Positions 63,641 through 64,000 of a stretch of DNA of 64,000 bases are shown here, one piece after another. The notes beneath the pieces are model-generated. The model did no database searches. It saw nothing but the letters and a program-made list of their open reading frames with translations, and was not told the origin of the DNA. Source of the DNA: Nitrospirota bacterium. Lineage in GTDB: Bacteria > Nitrospirota > UBA9217. The translations under genes and the position numbers were made by a program. The stretch covers positions 1,056,001-1,120,000 of the forward strand of contig CAWCKW010000012.1 in assembly GCA_963796285.1 (NCBI GenBank). The letters are read 5' to 3'. The number at the start of each line of letters is the position of its first letter. The first letter of the stretch is position 1.

Positions 63641-63676
63641 ACAAAGGCCCGGGAGATTCCCGGGCCTTTGTTATTT
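63641..63676 (+). terminator. intrinsic terminator (paralog of 59404-59436)
   Basis: acaaaggcccggga-gat-tcccgggcctttgt. Confidence 0.75.
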
Positions 63677-63707
63677 CATTGATAGGTGTGCACTCTACGG
63701 CCTCTGC

Positions 63708-63803
63708 ATGACCCGCCCCATTCGCATAGAATACGCCAGTACCGTCTGCCACATTACCTCACGGGGCAATGAGAAAAAGTCGGTGTTCAAGAGGGATCGT
63801 TAA
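63708..63803 (+). mobile_element. truncated REP-associated (Y1/HUH) tyrosine transposase remnant
   Basis: MTRPIRIEYASTVCHITSRGNEKKSVFKRDR* resembles the MARPLRIEYPGAVYHITSRGN.R..IF N-terminus of RAYT-like transposases. Confidence 0.75.
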
Positions 63804-63883
63804 TAGCAAGCCGCAAGACTTTACCCTATAGGTTGTTTAACCGTGATCTTTTAAAATATACTATTGTCAAAGCCTCACAACGT

Positions 63884-64000
63884 CTACTTTTTACAGCACG
63901 CTGATGCCGACTGCATGTTGTAGACCTCAAAGGCCGTCTCCTGTGGTGGCGTGGCGAAACCGCCTTTAATGCCTTCTTTCATTCGGGGCATCAGGATCCC
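63884..64000 (-). CDS. C-terminal end of a gene continuing beyond the window
   Basis: Open frame GILMPRMKEGIKGGFATPPQETAFEVYNMQSASACCKK*. Confidence 0.55.
   Translation of the reverse strand, partial: GILMPRMKEGIKGGFATPPQETAFEVYNMQSASACCKK

Overview
A 64-kb bacterial window. Gene content and style suggest a Nitrospirota- or Desulfobacterota-like anaerobe or microaerobe (inference only). The left ~26 kb is mostly core: LysE exporter, cohesin-domain genes, transglutaminase plus ABC exporter, smc (two frameshifts), TPR, PHP and radical SAM genes, nfo (one frameshift), ligA, a pilS/pilR-like two-component pair, pilD and recG. The right ~38 kb is a patchwork of small accessory genes for redox, stress and signalling (trxB, cytochrome c peroxidase, Fe-S/cyclase, two HD-GYPs, PolX, MscS, cupredoxin, an 11-heme cytochrome), mixed with gene remnants. 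Signals not captured by the ORF track: (1) three copies of a 190-300 nt rod-like imperfect palindrome, two carrying a self-contained 117-nt hairpin module inserted beside the apex with a 3-bp direct repeat; (2) a hidden DsbA/FrnE-like selenoprotein (UPFC motif plus a SECIS-like hairpin); (3) several other families of intergenic palindromic repeats, one inserted in-frame in recG, plus a RAYT/Y1-transposase remnant; (4) two duplicated gene 3' ends about 4 kb from their parent genes. No rRNA, tRNA or CRISPR array was seen.
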